In this document: one piece after another, positions 1-8,920 of the stretch | Layout of the letters: every line of letters starts with the position of its first letter | How positions within the stretch are numbered: position 1 is the first letter of the stretch | Assembly: GCA_043825875.1 (NCBI GenBank) | Contig: JBDRRF010000030.1 | Span: 1-46,410, forward strand | Reading direction: 5' to 3' | Origin: Pseudomonadota bacterium | GTDB lineage: Bacteria > Desulfobacterota > Desulfobacteria > Desulfobacterales > RPRI01 | Length of the DNA stretch: 46,410 bases | Position numbers and translations under genes: made by a program | Notes under the pieces: generated by a model | What the model was told of the DNA's origin: nothing | Database searches by the model: none | Seen by the model: the letters and a program-made list of their open reading frames with translations, nothing else

Positions 1-140
1 GCCACTTTCAAAACGTTTCAGTTTGGTCAAGCTCAAGGCGGGAGAAAATTTCAACCACAGGAATACATTTAGTATTTCGAGGATTGAAATTTGAGCCCAA
101 CGCAGAGATCGGCCAAAATGGGGCGTTTTGAAACTGGCTC
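1..140 (+). repeat. ~142-bp palindromic dispersed repeat (MITE-like), copy 1, missing 2 bp at the window edge
   Basis: Ends (GA)GCCACTTTCAAAACG...CGTTTTGAAACTGGCTC; near-identical to 25988-26129; related to 24492-24656 (inverted) and 41828-42013. Confidence 0.9.
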
Positions 141-164
141 ACCCGGTTATACTTTACTATATAC

Positions 165-251
165 CTATTCCTGTGCTATTGGCGCAAACTCCATAATAGC
201 GGAAAGCCCGTTATCGACCATAAGATCCTGGCCACTTATGCAACCTGACAT
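165..251 (-). pseudogene. C-terminal remnant of an SDR-family oxidoreductase
   Basis: Minus-strand translation SGCISGQDLMVDNGLSAIMEFAPIAQE* resembles the SDR C-terminal motif (S.yi.G..l.VDgG); the rest of the gene is absent. Confidence 0.55.
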
Positions 252-253
252 GG

Positions 254-497
254 AAAAGTGCGATCAGGATACATCGAGATCTTTTAAAAACCAAAAGGAT
301 GACAGGTTTGAATTTTTGGGCAAGGGGATATTATGTGAGTACAGTTGGTCTTGATGAGGACATGATCAAAAAATATATCAAAGAGCAAGACAAAGATAAT
401 AAATAACTAAACAGCTCTTTGAGGGGCTTTCCTGAAACAATGCCCCCTTCGAGGGGGCTTCATCAAACCACCAGCTTTGCTGGTGGTCGGTGATTGA
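254..497 (+). mobile_element. tnpA: IS200/IS605-family remnant: 3' part of TnpA (Y1 transposase) plus right-end hairpins
   Basis: 254-406 translates KSAIRIHRDLLKTKRMTGLNFWARGYYVSTVGLDEDMIKKYIKEQDKDNK* (FW.RGYYVSTVG and catalytic YxxxQ); hairpins GCCCCCTTCGAGGGGGC (442-458) and ACCACCAGC-TTT-GCTGGTGGT (467-487); the HUH half is missing. Confidence 0.85.
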
Positions 498-522
498 TAT
501 TAAGACAAAAAGTCTCGATTGC

Positions 523-567
523 AAAAACAACCGGCCGGTTCCTTTGCCTAAGACCGACCGGTTGTTT
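523..567 (-). terminator. Probable intrinsic terminator of the DUF1302/DUF1329 operon
   Basis: 15-bp stem AAACAACCGGTCGGT/ACCGGCCGGTTGTTT (one U-G pair on the minus strand) ending in a T-run, ~145 bp downstream of the DUF1329 stop. Confidence 0.5.
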
Positions 568-711
568 ATATCAAATTGTATAAACTTGAATAAACGTGCA
601 AAACTACAGAACCATGCATATTGCTTGATAGACAAATAAGGTGAAAGCAAAATACGTTTATAGAAATAAAGTTATGAGTTGTGATATAAAGCCATAAAAT
701 ACCAGCAACTT

Positions 712-2031
712 TTATTTCGACAACAGCAAGAAATTACTAACGCTAAAAAAGCTGGCGTCCAATTTTGAAGCAGGTATATATAAAAAGTTTTCGGGATGAG
801 GAGCCGTAGAGCTAACAGTACAATGACGCGCTTTTTCATCTATATAGACCTGAGCATCACTATCTCCTATATTATTTTTACCACTTGGACTCTCACTATA
901 ATGGAAGAAATTAGTAAACCAGGTCCGGAAATCGCCGGATCTTTCATATACTTCCTTGTACCATATGTTATAAGTTTCCTGGTCAATATAATTTACGTGC
1001 AAACCCCAGTTGTAATAAGGATCTTTAGGCATCTGTTCCACAACCCATACCTTTCTGGGAGCATATGTTATAACACCCGGAGCAGGTGCCCAGGCAGCGC
1101 CCTTAAATCCCGGCACTTCATAATTTAATTTGAAGCACTCACCCGTGTATGGAAATTTCGAAGGAACCCTTCCATCCGGTAATTCCTCAACAGGTATCAA
1201 GTTCGGGCTGGTAAAAGAAACAAGAATCGTTTTTTCTCCAATTAACTTCCATTTCATTGAACTGATTTTACCGCTGAATCCATAATTCATATCGGACCAT
1301 GAATCAGATCCCATGAATGGATCAGATCGTGACGCTGTTCCGGTTTGCCGAATCCTGCGAATGGCAGGAACATAAGCATAACTGGTGTCTTCCTTTGATG
1401 GGTCCATATAAACGAGCATCATTTGATTAGTTCCTTTAACACTCATCGGCTCCAAAATTCTTGGTAATTCGTAGCTAAGAACATGATCAGGATTTTTTGC
1501 TATTTCCTGACCTGGCGGCCTGCCTGTCAAATAAAGACATGAAAACAAACCGTCTGCATAGCGTTCCTTTCCTGATTTGTCTATCCATAATAGAGGTCTA
1601 CGCAGTCTTGAAGCCATGAAACGATATACCGACCATTTATAATTCGCTACAATCTTGTTTCCCACCTTGGGATCTTTAGGATCTATTGTGGGGAAAGGCA
1701 TACCGTAAACATTATGGTATGGAATTTTTCCTGTACTTTTTTCGATTACCTCTCCTTCAGAACTTATGTCAAACTTTCCGGCATTCTTCTGGCTTGCAGC
1801 AAGAAAGCTTTCCGGCAACTTCCATTTAAAGTTAACAGCTCCAGGTGTAATAACCATATCGCCTTTTTCTACCGCGCGATACATAGCCGGAAAGAGAATG
1901 TCTTTGTATTGAGCACAGTTGGTCTTATCAATTACCTTGGGTAAATCCATAGCCAGCAATGAACTGCCCAAGAGGAGAACAAGCAGCGACAACCCTAAAA
2001 TTTTAAAAAACCTTATATTTCTTATCTTCAC
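712..2031 (-). CDS. DUF1329 family (LolA-like fold) periplasmic/outer-membrane-associated protein
   Basis: Signal peptide; motifs GMPFP, YVPAIRRIRQ, RSDPFMGSD, VWVVE..PKDPYY; probable GTG start at 2031 after AGGAGG (ORF track start 2055). Confidence 0.85.
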   Translation of the reverse strand: MKIRNIRFFKILGLSLLVLLLGSSLLAMDLPKVIDKTNCAQYKDILFPAMYRAVEKGDMVITPGAVNFKWKLPESFLAASQKNAGKFDISSEGEVIEKSTGKIPYHNVYGMPFPTIDPKDPKVGNKIVANYKWSVYRFMASRLRRPLLWIDKSGKERYADGLFSCLYLTGRPPGQEIAKNPDHVLSYELPRILEPMSVKGTNQMMLVYMDPSKEDTSYAYVPAIRRIRQTGTASRSDPFMGSDSWSDMNYGFSGKISSMKWKLIGEKTILVSFTSPNLIPVEELPDGRVPSKFPYTGECFKLNYEVPGFKGAAWAPAPGVITYAPRKVWVVEQMPKDPYYNWGLHVNYIDQETYNIWYKEVYERSGDFRTWFTNFFHYSESPSGKNNIGDSDAQVYIDEKARHCTVSSTAPHPENFLYIPASKLDASFFSVSNFLLLSK

Positions 2032-2146
2032 TTTTTCCTCCTTTGGTTTTTCCAAAATCCAAAAAAAGCCTTTGTTATTTTATATCTTGACTAATAGTGC
2101 TTTTAATAACAGTTAATACGATCCTCGGAAAATAAAACCACAATTG

Positions 2147-3775
2147 TTACCATTCATATCCCAGTTTAATGGTTGCCTCAGTAGGTCCATTCACAAAATT
2201 GGAAAATGCGTAACTTGATTCATCATCACCCAAAAATGCTTGAAATGTTAGCTGAGTATATAAATTAGGTGTTATAGTCCATTTAATTTGCGGACGCAGC
2301 ATCCATGTGGCACCATCGCCATGTTTTCCCATATTGTATGCAACTATAAGCATAGGATTAAGTTTGCTTGCCCACCAGTTCGTCATTGCCTGAAAAAAGA
2401 AAGTATCCTGTTCCCGGCTGTTTGTTCGTTGGTGCAACAGTTTCGGACCGCCTGCTTTGTTTGTTACTGTGGCAGAATAAAATGGTCCATCCAGGCGACC
2501 GTCTGAATCGCCAGCATTCCACTCATTGATCGTTGTATGCAGCCATTCAAAAGATACATTTACAAGGTCGTGAGGTGAAATCCATCTTATGCGCAAATCT
2601 TTGTCAACAGCCAGCATAACTTTTGTGACCGGTTTATATACAAAGGATTGTACACCTGCCTGATCATCTAAAGGAACCATAAAAGGCGCAACAGGAATTG
2701 ACATCCAGTTCCCGACCAAAAGATCTTGACCTGTAGCAACAGTGATCGGGTAAGCAGTATAATGTGAAGCCTCACCTCTTATAACAGCTTCAAAACGGCC
2801 AATAAGCAATTGATAGCTAAAATAGCCGCCGTAAACATGCTGTTTATTGTGCGTAAAATTAGCTGTTTGTCCACTATAAAATTTGTCTATAAATATACCC
2901 GGATCATTTACTACATCTCTGAAGTAAAGCAAAGAAAGGCTAAGCCTGTCTCCGAGCTGTGCAGATACCTTTCCACCGTATTCATTATTGTTCGTAGGCA
3001 CATCCTCTCTTATATTTTGTCCGGTAAGATCATAAAACAGGGGGGATACATAAGGCGCCTGAAGCCCTACACCAGCTTGGCCTGCAACACTATCTCTGGG
3101 TCCGAACTGTGTTGGCCTGATATCAGGAATCCACAATAAATCAAAATTAATACTGGTTCTGGCAAAACGCGGCAGATCGAAATTTAACCGGCCCATCCAG
3201 AGGGGGGTTTTTACATCATCTGGGTTCTGGAAAAACATCTGAAAGGACTGGTCGGCTGGGTTAATAATATCGCACATGGTTTCAAGAGAGCTTTCACCCC
3301 AGGATACAATTTGTCTTCCTGTTCTTAGGAAGGCTCTGTTGCCCAGATGGCCTTTATAGGCAAAATCAATAAAAGCTTCTCTTAGGTCACTCTCAAACCT
3401 TATGTCTTCTTCTCCATAATCAAATCTTGAAGCACCTAAATCTTCTTTAATATCATATCTATGTGCAGCAAGATCATAAATTGAATCATAGGCGCCCCTG
3501 AAAGTTAAATGAACTTTTTCTACTCTAAACGGGCCCAGTTCCATATCAGGATCAATGTCAACATCAAACTTTAATGTATTTCTCTGTTGTACTCCGTAAG
3601 CTTCGTCAAAAAAACCGTACTGCATACCATCTACATCACGCATAACTAAAGAAGATTCCAGAAAACCATGGAAACTACTAGTCATTTGAGCTACGGCAAT
3701 TGGAGAGAAAATTACCAACATTGATAGTGTAATTAATACACATAAGCCAGATTCACCCCATCTTCTTTTTCTCAT
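2147..3775 (-). CDS. DUF1302 family outer-membrane beta-barrel protein
   Basis: LREAFID...LRTGRQIVSWGES..DIINP motif, C-terminal aromatic residue (YEW), signal peptide, canonical pairing with DUF1329; ATG 3775 follows AGGAGG. Confidence 0.8.
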   Translation of the reverse strand: MRKRRWGESGLCVLITLSMLVIFSPIAVAQMTSSFHGFLESSLVMRDVDGMQYGFFDEAYGVQQRNTLKFDVDIDPDMELGPFRVEKVHLTFRGAYDSIYDLAAHRYDIKEDLGASRFDYGEEDIRFESDLREAFIDFAYKGHLGNRAFLRTGRQIVSWGESSLETMCDIINPADQSFQMFFQNPDDVKTPLWMGRLNFDLPRFARTSINFDLLWIPDIRPTQFGPRDSVAGQAGVGLQAPYVSPLFYDLTGQNIREDVPTNNNEYGGKVSAQLGDRLSLSLLYFRDVVNDPGIFIDKFYSGQTANFTHNKQHVYGGYFSYQLLIGRFEAVIRGEASHYTAYPITVATGQDLLVGNWMSIPVAPFMVPLDDQAGVQSFVYKPVTKVMLAVDKDLRIRWISPHDLVNVSFEWLHTTINEWNAGDSDGRLDGPFYSATVTNKAGGPKLLHQRTNSREQDTFFFQAMTNWWASKLNPMLIVAYNMGKHGDGATWMLRPQIKWTITPNLYTQLTFQAFLGDDESSYAFSNFVNGPTEATIKLGYEW

Positions 3776-4083
3776 ATCTTTCCTCCTTAAATTTAATTTC
3801 TTCAAAAAAGATATATCATCTAATTATTTATAACTGCTTTCACCTCCTTCCTGATGTTTATAGTAAACTAATACTCTTTCCGGCATTAATCAGTCCTTTT
3901 AAGGTTCGTACTAATTCCAAAGCGTTGTCGGGCAAGACACGGCACAAAAAAAGGGCTGTTTAATGCCAATATAAAAACCTATCTTAAAAAACATGGCTTT
4001 TTTCATAGTTGACTTATTGTATTTAATAATTCATTTATCCAAACTAACATTAAATTTTATATCGAAAATGGAATATTAAATTC

Positions 4084-5577
4084 ATGGCTTCTATACAAGG
4101 AACAAATATTTCGTCAGATAATACTAAGTTATACAGATCTCTTGGCTCTCTTATAAAAGAATATCGAAAATGGCGGAAGATGAGCCAGGAAAAATTTTCC
4201 GAATCAATTCAAATAAGCGTTCGGGAACTGCAAAATTGGGAATCCGATCGCCGCAGTCCCAGAATTGAGAATCTGCATGATCTTTCGGAAATGACCGGTC
4301 TTCCTATGCAGGCGTTAATAGCTCTCAACGCGGACCAGCCTGTATGGTATTCTTTAGGCAAAAGGTTTTTTAAGTATTCATTGATTGAGGAAGATCAGTT
4401 TTTGTCACGAGAATTATTAAGATACCAAAATAAATCCGCGGATGACTTTCTTGTAAAATACATACCAATTACAACAGATAGGCAAATCAATATGATTCTC
4501 TCATGCCATCGGGATATTTACGGTACGGAGAGACCATTGCCGAAAGATGTAATCAAAAAAGCCGCCAGGTTCCTTCCAAATCTTAATAATACAATTATTG
4601 ACTGCTGGGGGCATTATGTTGGACATCAAATATGTCTTCCGATAAAAGCGGATATATATAAGGATATTATAAAATCAAAGTGCATAGAAAATTATCTGAG
4701 TTTACGAAGCATTAATGATATAATAAGCATGGATGCGGGGGTTTTGTTCTATTATTCCGTACATTCAGCCTGTGTCAGCGTTGGACGGCGGCTTGTTATA
4801 GACAGTGCTCAGTCCCTTTCTGAAATTAAGCAAAAAGAGAATTTTCTTCTCGCCACTCATACCGCTACCAAAGAAGCGAAAACAATCCAGAGTAATATAG
4901 GAATGAGGTTTGTTAGAGATTATGCTCACAGGCTCAATGAAACAAACCCTGTCATATATGAACAGAATCTGGATGTTCATATAAAACTTAGAAAGCCTTA
5001 TGTATGGATGATTGAACACATTTCCGGACAATCGGGAAAAATGCCGGAACAGAAATCTTTAATTAGCGTTGATGAATCATCATTAGGCGTTGATAGAAAC
5101 TTATCTTATAATAAAAACATCAATCCTGTTAAACAAATAACACAAGCCTGCACAAATTCTGCATGCAAACTTTATGGTAAAACCAAACAAGGCAATGTCG
5201 TTTCAAACGGGACATACCGCACAAAAGACGGTCTCCCTGGTCGCCGCTTTCTCTGCAAAACATGCGGTAAATCTTTTTGTAACAGAACAGGAACTATGTT
5301 TCATGGCTTAAGATCTTCGGAAGATAAATTTATTAAAGCCCTTAAATTACTGCTTAAAGGAATGCCTTTGCAAAAAGCGGCTGACTCATTGGGAATATCT
5401 TTCAATACAATCCGGCACTGGCTTAGCGTTTCGGCAAGACATTGCGATAAAATCAATGCTATTCTTGAAAAAGATCCTGAAGTATCACAGGCCGACCTTG
5501 ATACATTATGGGCTTTTGTTAGAAAAAATTCTCTTCGTCAACGGGCGGCCCTTTGGAACTGGTCTGAAAATAAATAA
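4084..5577 (+). CDS. XRE-HTH / GNAT-like / IS1 InsA-like (Zn-ribbon + HTH) multidomain protein, paralog 1
   Basis: N-terminal XRE HTH (LIKEYRKWRKMSQEKFSESIQISVRELQNWE); C-terminal CTNSAC...CKTCGKSF, HTH, DTLWAFV; colinear with 26170-27603. Confidence 0.8.
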   Translation: MASIQGTNISSDNTKLYRSLGSLIKEYRKWRKMSQEKFSESIQISVRELQNWESDRRSPRIENLHDLSEMTGLPMQALIALNADQPVWYSLGKRFFKYSLIEEDQFLSRELLRYQNKSADDFLVKYIPITTDRQINMILSCHRDIYGTERPLPKDVIKKAARFLPNLNNTIIDCWGHYVGHQICLPIKADIYKDIIKSKCIENYLSLRSINDIISMDAGVLFYYSVHSACVSVGRRLVIDSAQSLSEIKQKENFLLATHTATKEAKTIQSNIGMRFVRDYAHRLNETNPVIYEQNLDVHIKLRKPYVWMIEHISGQSGKMPEQKSLISVDESSLGVDRNLSYNKNINPVKQITQACTNSACKLYGKTKQGNVVSNGTYRTKDGLPGRRFLCKTCGKSFCNRTGTMFHGLRSSEDKFIKALKLLLKGMPLQKAADSLGISFNTIRHWLSVSARHCDKINAILEKDPEVSQADLDTLWAFVRKNSLRQRAALWNWSENK

Positions 5578-5594
5578 TAAAGGAAAATTCACAT

Positions 5595-6875
5595 ATGATA
5601 GCAGAAATTCTTTCAACCGGTGATGAGGTTCGTTCCGGGGCATTGATTGACAGTAATTCGGCATATATAGCACAAGCTTTGGAAGAAGCGGGCCTTGAGG
5701 TGGTAAGACATAGTACGGTAGGAGACGATCTTAATGCCATTTCTTCAATATTAAAGGAGATAGGAACGCGTGCGGATATTGCCATTGTTACAGGCGGACT
5801 TGGACCTACAACAGATGATATTACTGCCGAAGCTGCTGCACATGCAGCCGGTGTTGATATGTGCATGGACAAGGATGCTTTAAAAACGGTGCAAAACTTT
5901 TTTGAAAAAAGAAAGCGCCTCATGAATCCATTAAATGATAAACAGGCCATGCTCCCAAAAGGGTCGGAATGTCTTGATAACCCTGTTGGATCTGCTCCTG
6001 GATTTGCATTAAAAATAGGCAAATGCCTCTTTTTCTTTTTGCCGGGGGTTCCTTATGAAATGAAAAAAATGCTTTCGGCAAAAGTGATTCCAAAAATTTA
6101 TGAACTATATGAAAGCGGCAGACAATACAGTATAATTAAGAACATATCGACTTTTGGTGTTACAGAAGCGGCTGTAAATGAGAATATATTATCTATTATA
6201 GATGAATTCGGCGATATCAAATTTGGATTAAGAGCAACTTTTCCCGAGATACATATAAAAATGTATGCAAGGGGGAAAGAAGAAAATGAAGTTATTCAGC
6301 TTCTTGATGCCGCTGTCGCAAAGGTTTTACAAAAATTTGGCGATAAAATAGTTTCAGCAGAAGGCAAATCTATGGAAGTTGTGGTAGGTAAACTGTTAAA
6401 GAAAAATAATGCCACTATTGCTGTTGCAGAAAGTTGTACCGGCGGGCTGGTTTCAGATATGCTAACCAATGTGTCCGGCAGTTCGGATTATTTTCTTTTT
6501 TCCGGTATTACATATTCAAATGACTCAAAAATAAAAGTACTGGGGGTCAATCCGGCAACTATAGAAAAGTATGGGGCTGTGCATGAAGAAACTGCAAAGG
6601 AAATGGCAGCCGGGGCAAAAAAAATATCAGGTGCAACTTACGGACTTTCAACCAGCGGTATTGCAGGTCCTGCCGGAGGCACGGAAGATAAGCCGGTTGG
6701 AACAGTATGTATGGGACTTGCAACACCGGATATAGTTAAAGGCTTTACTTTTAATTTTTATTTTAAAGACCGTATTTTGAATAAAAAAATATTTGCAGCA
6801 GCAGCGCTTGATCTTGTAAGAAAAGAGTTCATTATTTCACGTAACCGGGAAGAATTAACAGGAGTATATATCTGA
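5595..6875 (+). CDS. cinA: CinA-family competence/damage-inducible protein (MoCF-biosynthesis-like domain + PncC NMN deamidase)
   Basis: GDEV..G...DSN, GGLGPTTDDIT, LPGVPYEM, AESCTGG, SGIAGPAGGT..KPVGTV. Confidence 0.93.
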   Translation: MIAEILSTGDEVRSGALIDSNSAYIAQALEEAGLEVVRHSTVGDDLNAISSILKEIGTRADIAIVTGGLGPTTDDITAEAAAHAAGVDMCMDKDALKTVQNFFEKRKRLMNPLNDKQAMLPKGSECLDNPVGSAPGFALKIGKCLFFFLPGVPYEMKKMLSAKVIPKIYELYESGRQYSIIKNISTFGVTEAAVNENILSIIDEFGDIKFGLRATFPEIHIKMYARGKEENEVIQLLDAAVAKVLQKFGDKIVSAEGKSMEVVVGKLLKKNNATIAVAESCTGGLVSDMLTNVSGSSDYFLFSGITYSNDSKIKVLGVNPATIEKYGAVHEETAKEMAAGAKKISGATYGLSTSGIAGPAGGTEDKPVGTVCMGLATPDIVKGFTFNFYFKDRILNKKIFAAAALDLVRKEFIISRNREELTGVYI

Positions 6876-6876
6876 A

Positions 6877-8082
6877 ATGAAATTTATAGATGCGGGATGG
6901 ATTATAGACGGAAGCGGCGGCCCTGTTTTAAAAAACATGAGGCTTGGCATTAAAGACGGAAATATTATTTCTATAGATGATTCCGGGTTTAAAGATTCTG
7001 CTACAAGTAAAGCAATCGATTTATCATCTTGTACTATACTTCCTCCTTTAGTTGACAGCCATGTTCACCTCTTGATGTCGGGAACAGATGATCCGGAATT
7101 TAGAGAAATGCAGCTTGATATGGACTTTGACAAAGCAAGCGATATTATTTTGAATCATATTTCCCAGTATTTGTCTCACGGCATTTTAGCAGTCAGAGAC
7201 GGAGGCGATAAAAATGCTCATGCCTTGCAATATTTTAACGAGTGCCCGGATGAAAAAAATTTTCCTGTTAATATTAAAATTGCAGGAAAAGCATGGCACA
7301 GGGCAGGCAGATATGGCGGATTGATAGGAAGAGCGCCGGATAAAAGTTTTAGCCTTGCAGAAGCAATTAATAGTTGTCCGGATGAAATTGATCATATCAA
7401 GATTGTAAATTCGGGTTTAAACAGTCTTAAAGAATTCGGGAAAGAAACCGATCCGCAATTTAGTGTGGAAGAACTCTCGGATGCTGTGAAAATTGCCGGC
7501 AAACTCGGGCTAAAGGTTATGGTACATGCAAACGGTAAAAGACCGGTTGCAGCAGCCGTTTTAGCCGGTTGTCACTCGATAGAGCATGGCTTTTTTATGG
7601 GAGAAGACAACCTTAAATTAATGGCGGAAAAAGATATAACATGGGTTCCGACTGCCTGCACCATGAAAGCATATTGTGAACATATGGAAAAAGGAAGTAT
7701 TGAATATGATGTAGCATGCATGAATCTTGAGCACCAGATTAAACAGATTTCAAAGGCAAGAGAACTTGGCGTTACAATTGCGCTTGGTACGGATGCGGGA
7801 AGCATCGGTGTTCATCATGGATCAGCAGTAATACATGAACTTGGTTTGCTTATAGCCGCAGGATATTTGCTGCCGGAAGCCATTAAATGCGCTACTTATA
7901 ATGGAGCAAAATTACTTGGTATAAACGATTTCGGAATTATAGGAAAAGATAAGCCGGCCAGCTTTATTGCTGTACAGGGAGAGCCTTCGGATCTTCCTGA
8001 TTCTATAAGTAGTGTCAAAGCGGTTTGTATCGACGGATACCTGTCATCTCCACCTCCTAAATCAAGAAGTTGCGGTGTTTAA
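6877..8082 (+). CDS. Metal-dependent amidohydrolase (imidazolonepropionase-like)
   Basis: P.LVDSHVH, VRDGG, VMVHANG, SIEHG, LGTDAG metal-binding motifs. Confidence 0.88.
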   Translation: MKFIDAGWIIDGSGGPVLKNMRLGIKDGNIISIDDSGFKDSATSKAIDLSSCTILPPLVDSHVHLLMSGTDDPEFREMQLDMDFDKASDIILNHISQYLSHGILAVRDGGDKNAHALQYFNECPDEKNFPVNIKIAGKAWHRAGRYGGLIGRAPDKSFSLAEAINSCPDEIDHIKIVNSGLNSLKEFGKETDPQFSVEELSDAVKIAGKLGLKVMVHANGKRPVAAAVLAGCHSIEHGFFMGEDNLKLMAEKDITWVPTACTMKAYCEHMEKGSIEYDVACMNLEHQIKQISKARELGVTIALGTDAGSIGVHHGSAVIHELGLLIAAGYLLPEAIKCATYNGAKLLGINDFGIIGKDKPASFIAVQGEPSDLPDSISSVKAVCIDGYLSSPPPKSRSCGV

Positions 8083-8197
8083 GTTCCGAAATATCTATCT
8101 CCGAAATCGCATAGAGAAGGATGACCAATTATTTGGATGTTATTCATGATGAATTCCATAGATTTCAAGTACAATAAAATTGTTTTATATTTACATG

Positions 8198-8875
8198 TCA
8201 CTTTTTTCCCGTCAATATATTCAACCCTTTACGGAAAGAATTAATAAAAAGATATCGCTTTAACCTTTTTGTGTATGGATGTCTTGGTGCAAGCTTTTTA
8301 AGATTTTTATAAAAAAGTTTAACCTGTTCTCCTTCGCCAGTATTAGCAAAATATGAACCAGCTATGCCCATAAATCCAACAACCTCTGTGATATGGAAGA
8401 TGTCTCTTTCAGGGTATAATGCTTTAATGTCAAATTTATAATCCAATATTTCAGGAACTTTCTTATACTTTCCTTCTGTCATACAAATTTCAGCATAATT
8501 TAATTTTGCAAAAAGGTAGTCAGGGTTGTTATTGTAGTTCTTCTCAGCATATTGTCTTGATTTTTCAGTATCGTTAAGATTTGAATACGCGACACTAATA
8601 TAATTATATAATTGCGGAACTTTTGGGTACTTGCTGATTAGCTCATCAAGTCTATCAATTGTTGATTCCGGAGCTTTTTGTATTCGCACAAATAGATCTT
8701 CCAATTCATCCTGTACTTCTTCTGGGATAGACGAATCGTCAATTGGTTCATCTGTTATTTCATATGAAATAAATTGAAGCGATGTATAATTCTTGTTTGC
8801 CGGATCAGATTTATTAGCTGTTCTTTTCCTTATCAGGAGTTTATTATTAGTTCTTTGTTTAGATCTTTTTGTCAT
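8198..8875 (-). CDS. TPR-like hypothetical protein
   Basis: Helical repeats (KYPKVPQLYNYISVAY, NPDYLFAKLNYAEI). Confidence 0.65.
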   Translation of the reverse strand: MTKRSKQRTNNKLLIRKRTANKSDPANKNYTSLQFISYEITDEPIDDSSIPEEVQDELEDLFVRIQKAPESTIDRLDELISKYPKVPQLYNYISVAYSNLNDTEKSRQYAEKNYNNNPDYLFAKLNYAEICMTEGKYKKVPEILDYKFDIKALYPERDIFHITEVVGFMGIAGSYFANTGEGEQVKLFYKNLKKLAPRHPYTKRLKRYLFINSFRKGLNILTGKK

Positions 8876-8920
8876 TAAACCATACCTAAAAGATGTTTTA
8901 TGTTATGGGGTTGTTATAAG

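Noticed and set aside
91..650. ORFs 91-354 (+) and 378-650 (-)
   Set aside because: They run across the repeat, SDR remnant and IS200 remnant in non-coding frames; no family signal.
3840..3849. Perfect SD (AAGGAGGTGA, minus strand) in the DUF1302 leader
   Set aside because: No properly spaced start codon follows; a leader peptide cannot be supported.
3940..3970. Possible sigma54 promoter (TGGCAT/CGGCAC)
   Set aside because: No TTGC at the -12 position on either strand.
5140..5577. Active IS1 insertion with -1 frameshift at the A6 run near 5523
   Set aside because: The shifted frame closes within ~14 codons, there is no DDE domain or IRs, and the paralog conserves the zero-frame tail.
8876..8920. 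attC site (TATAAC after the stop codon) / integron array
   Set aside because: No complementary GTTRRRY end or foldable attC here or in the other spacers examined; no intI.
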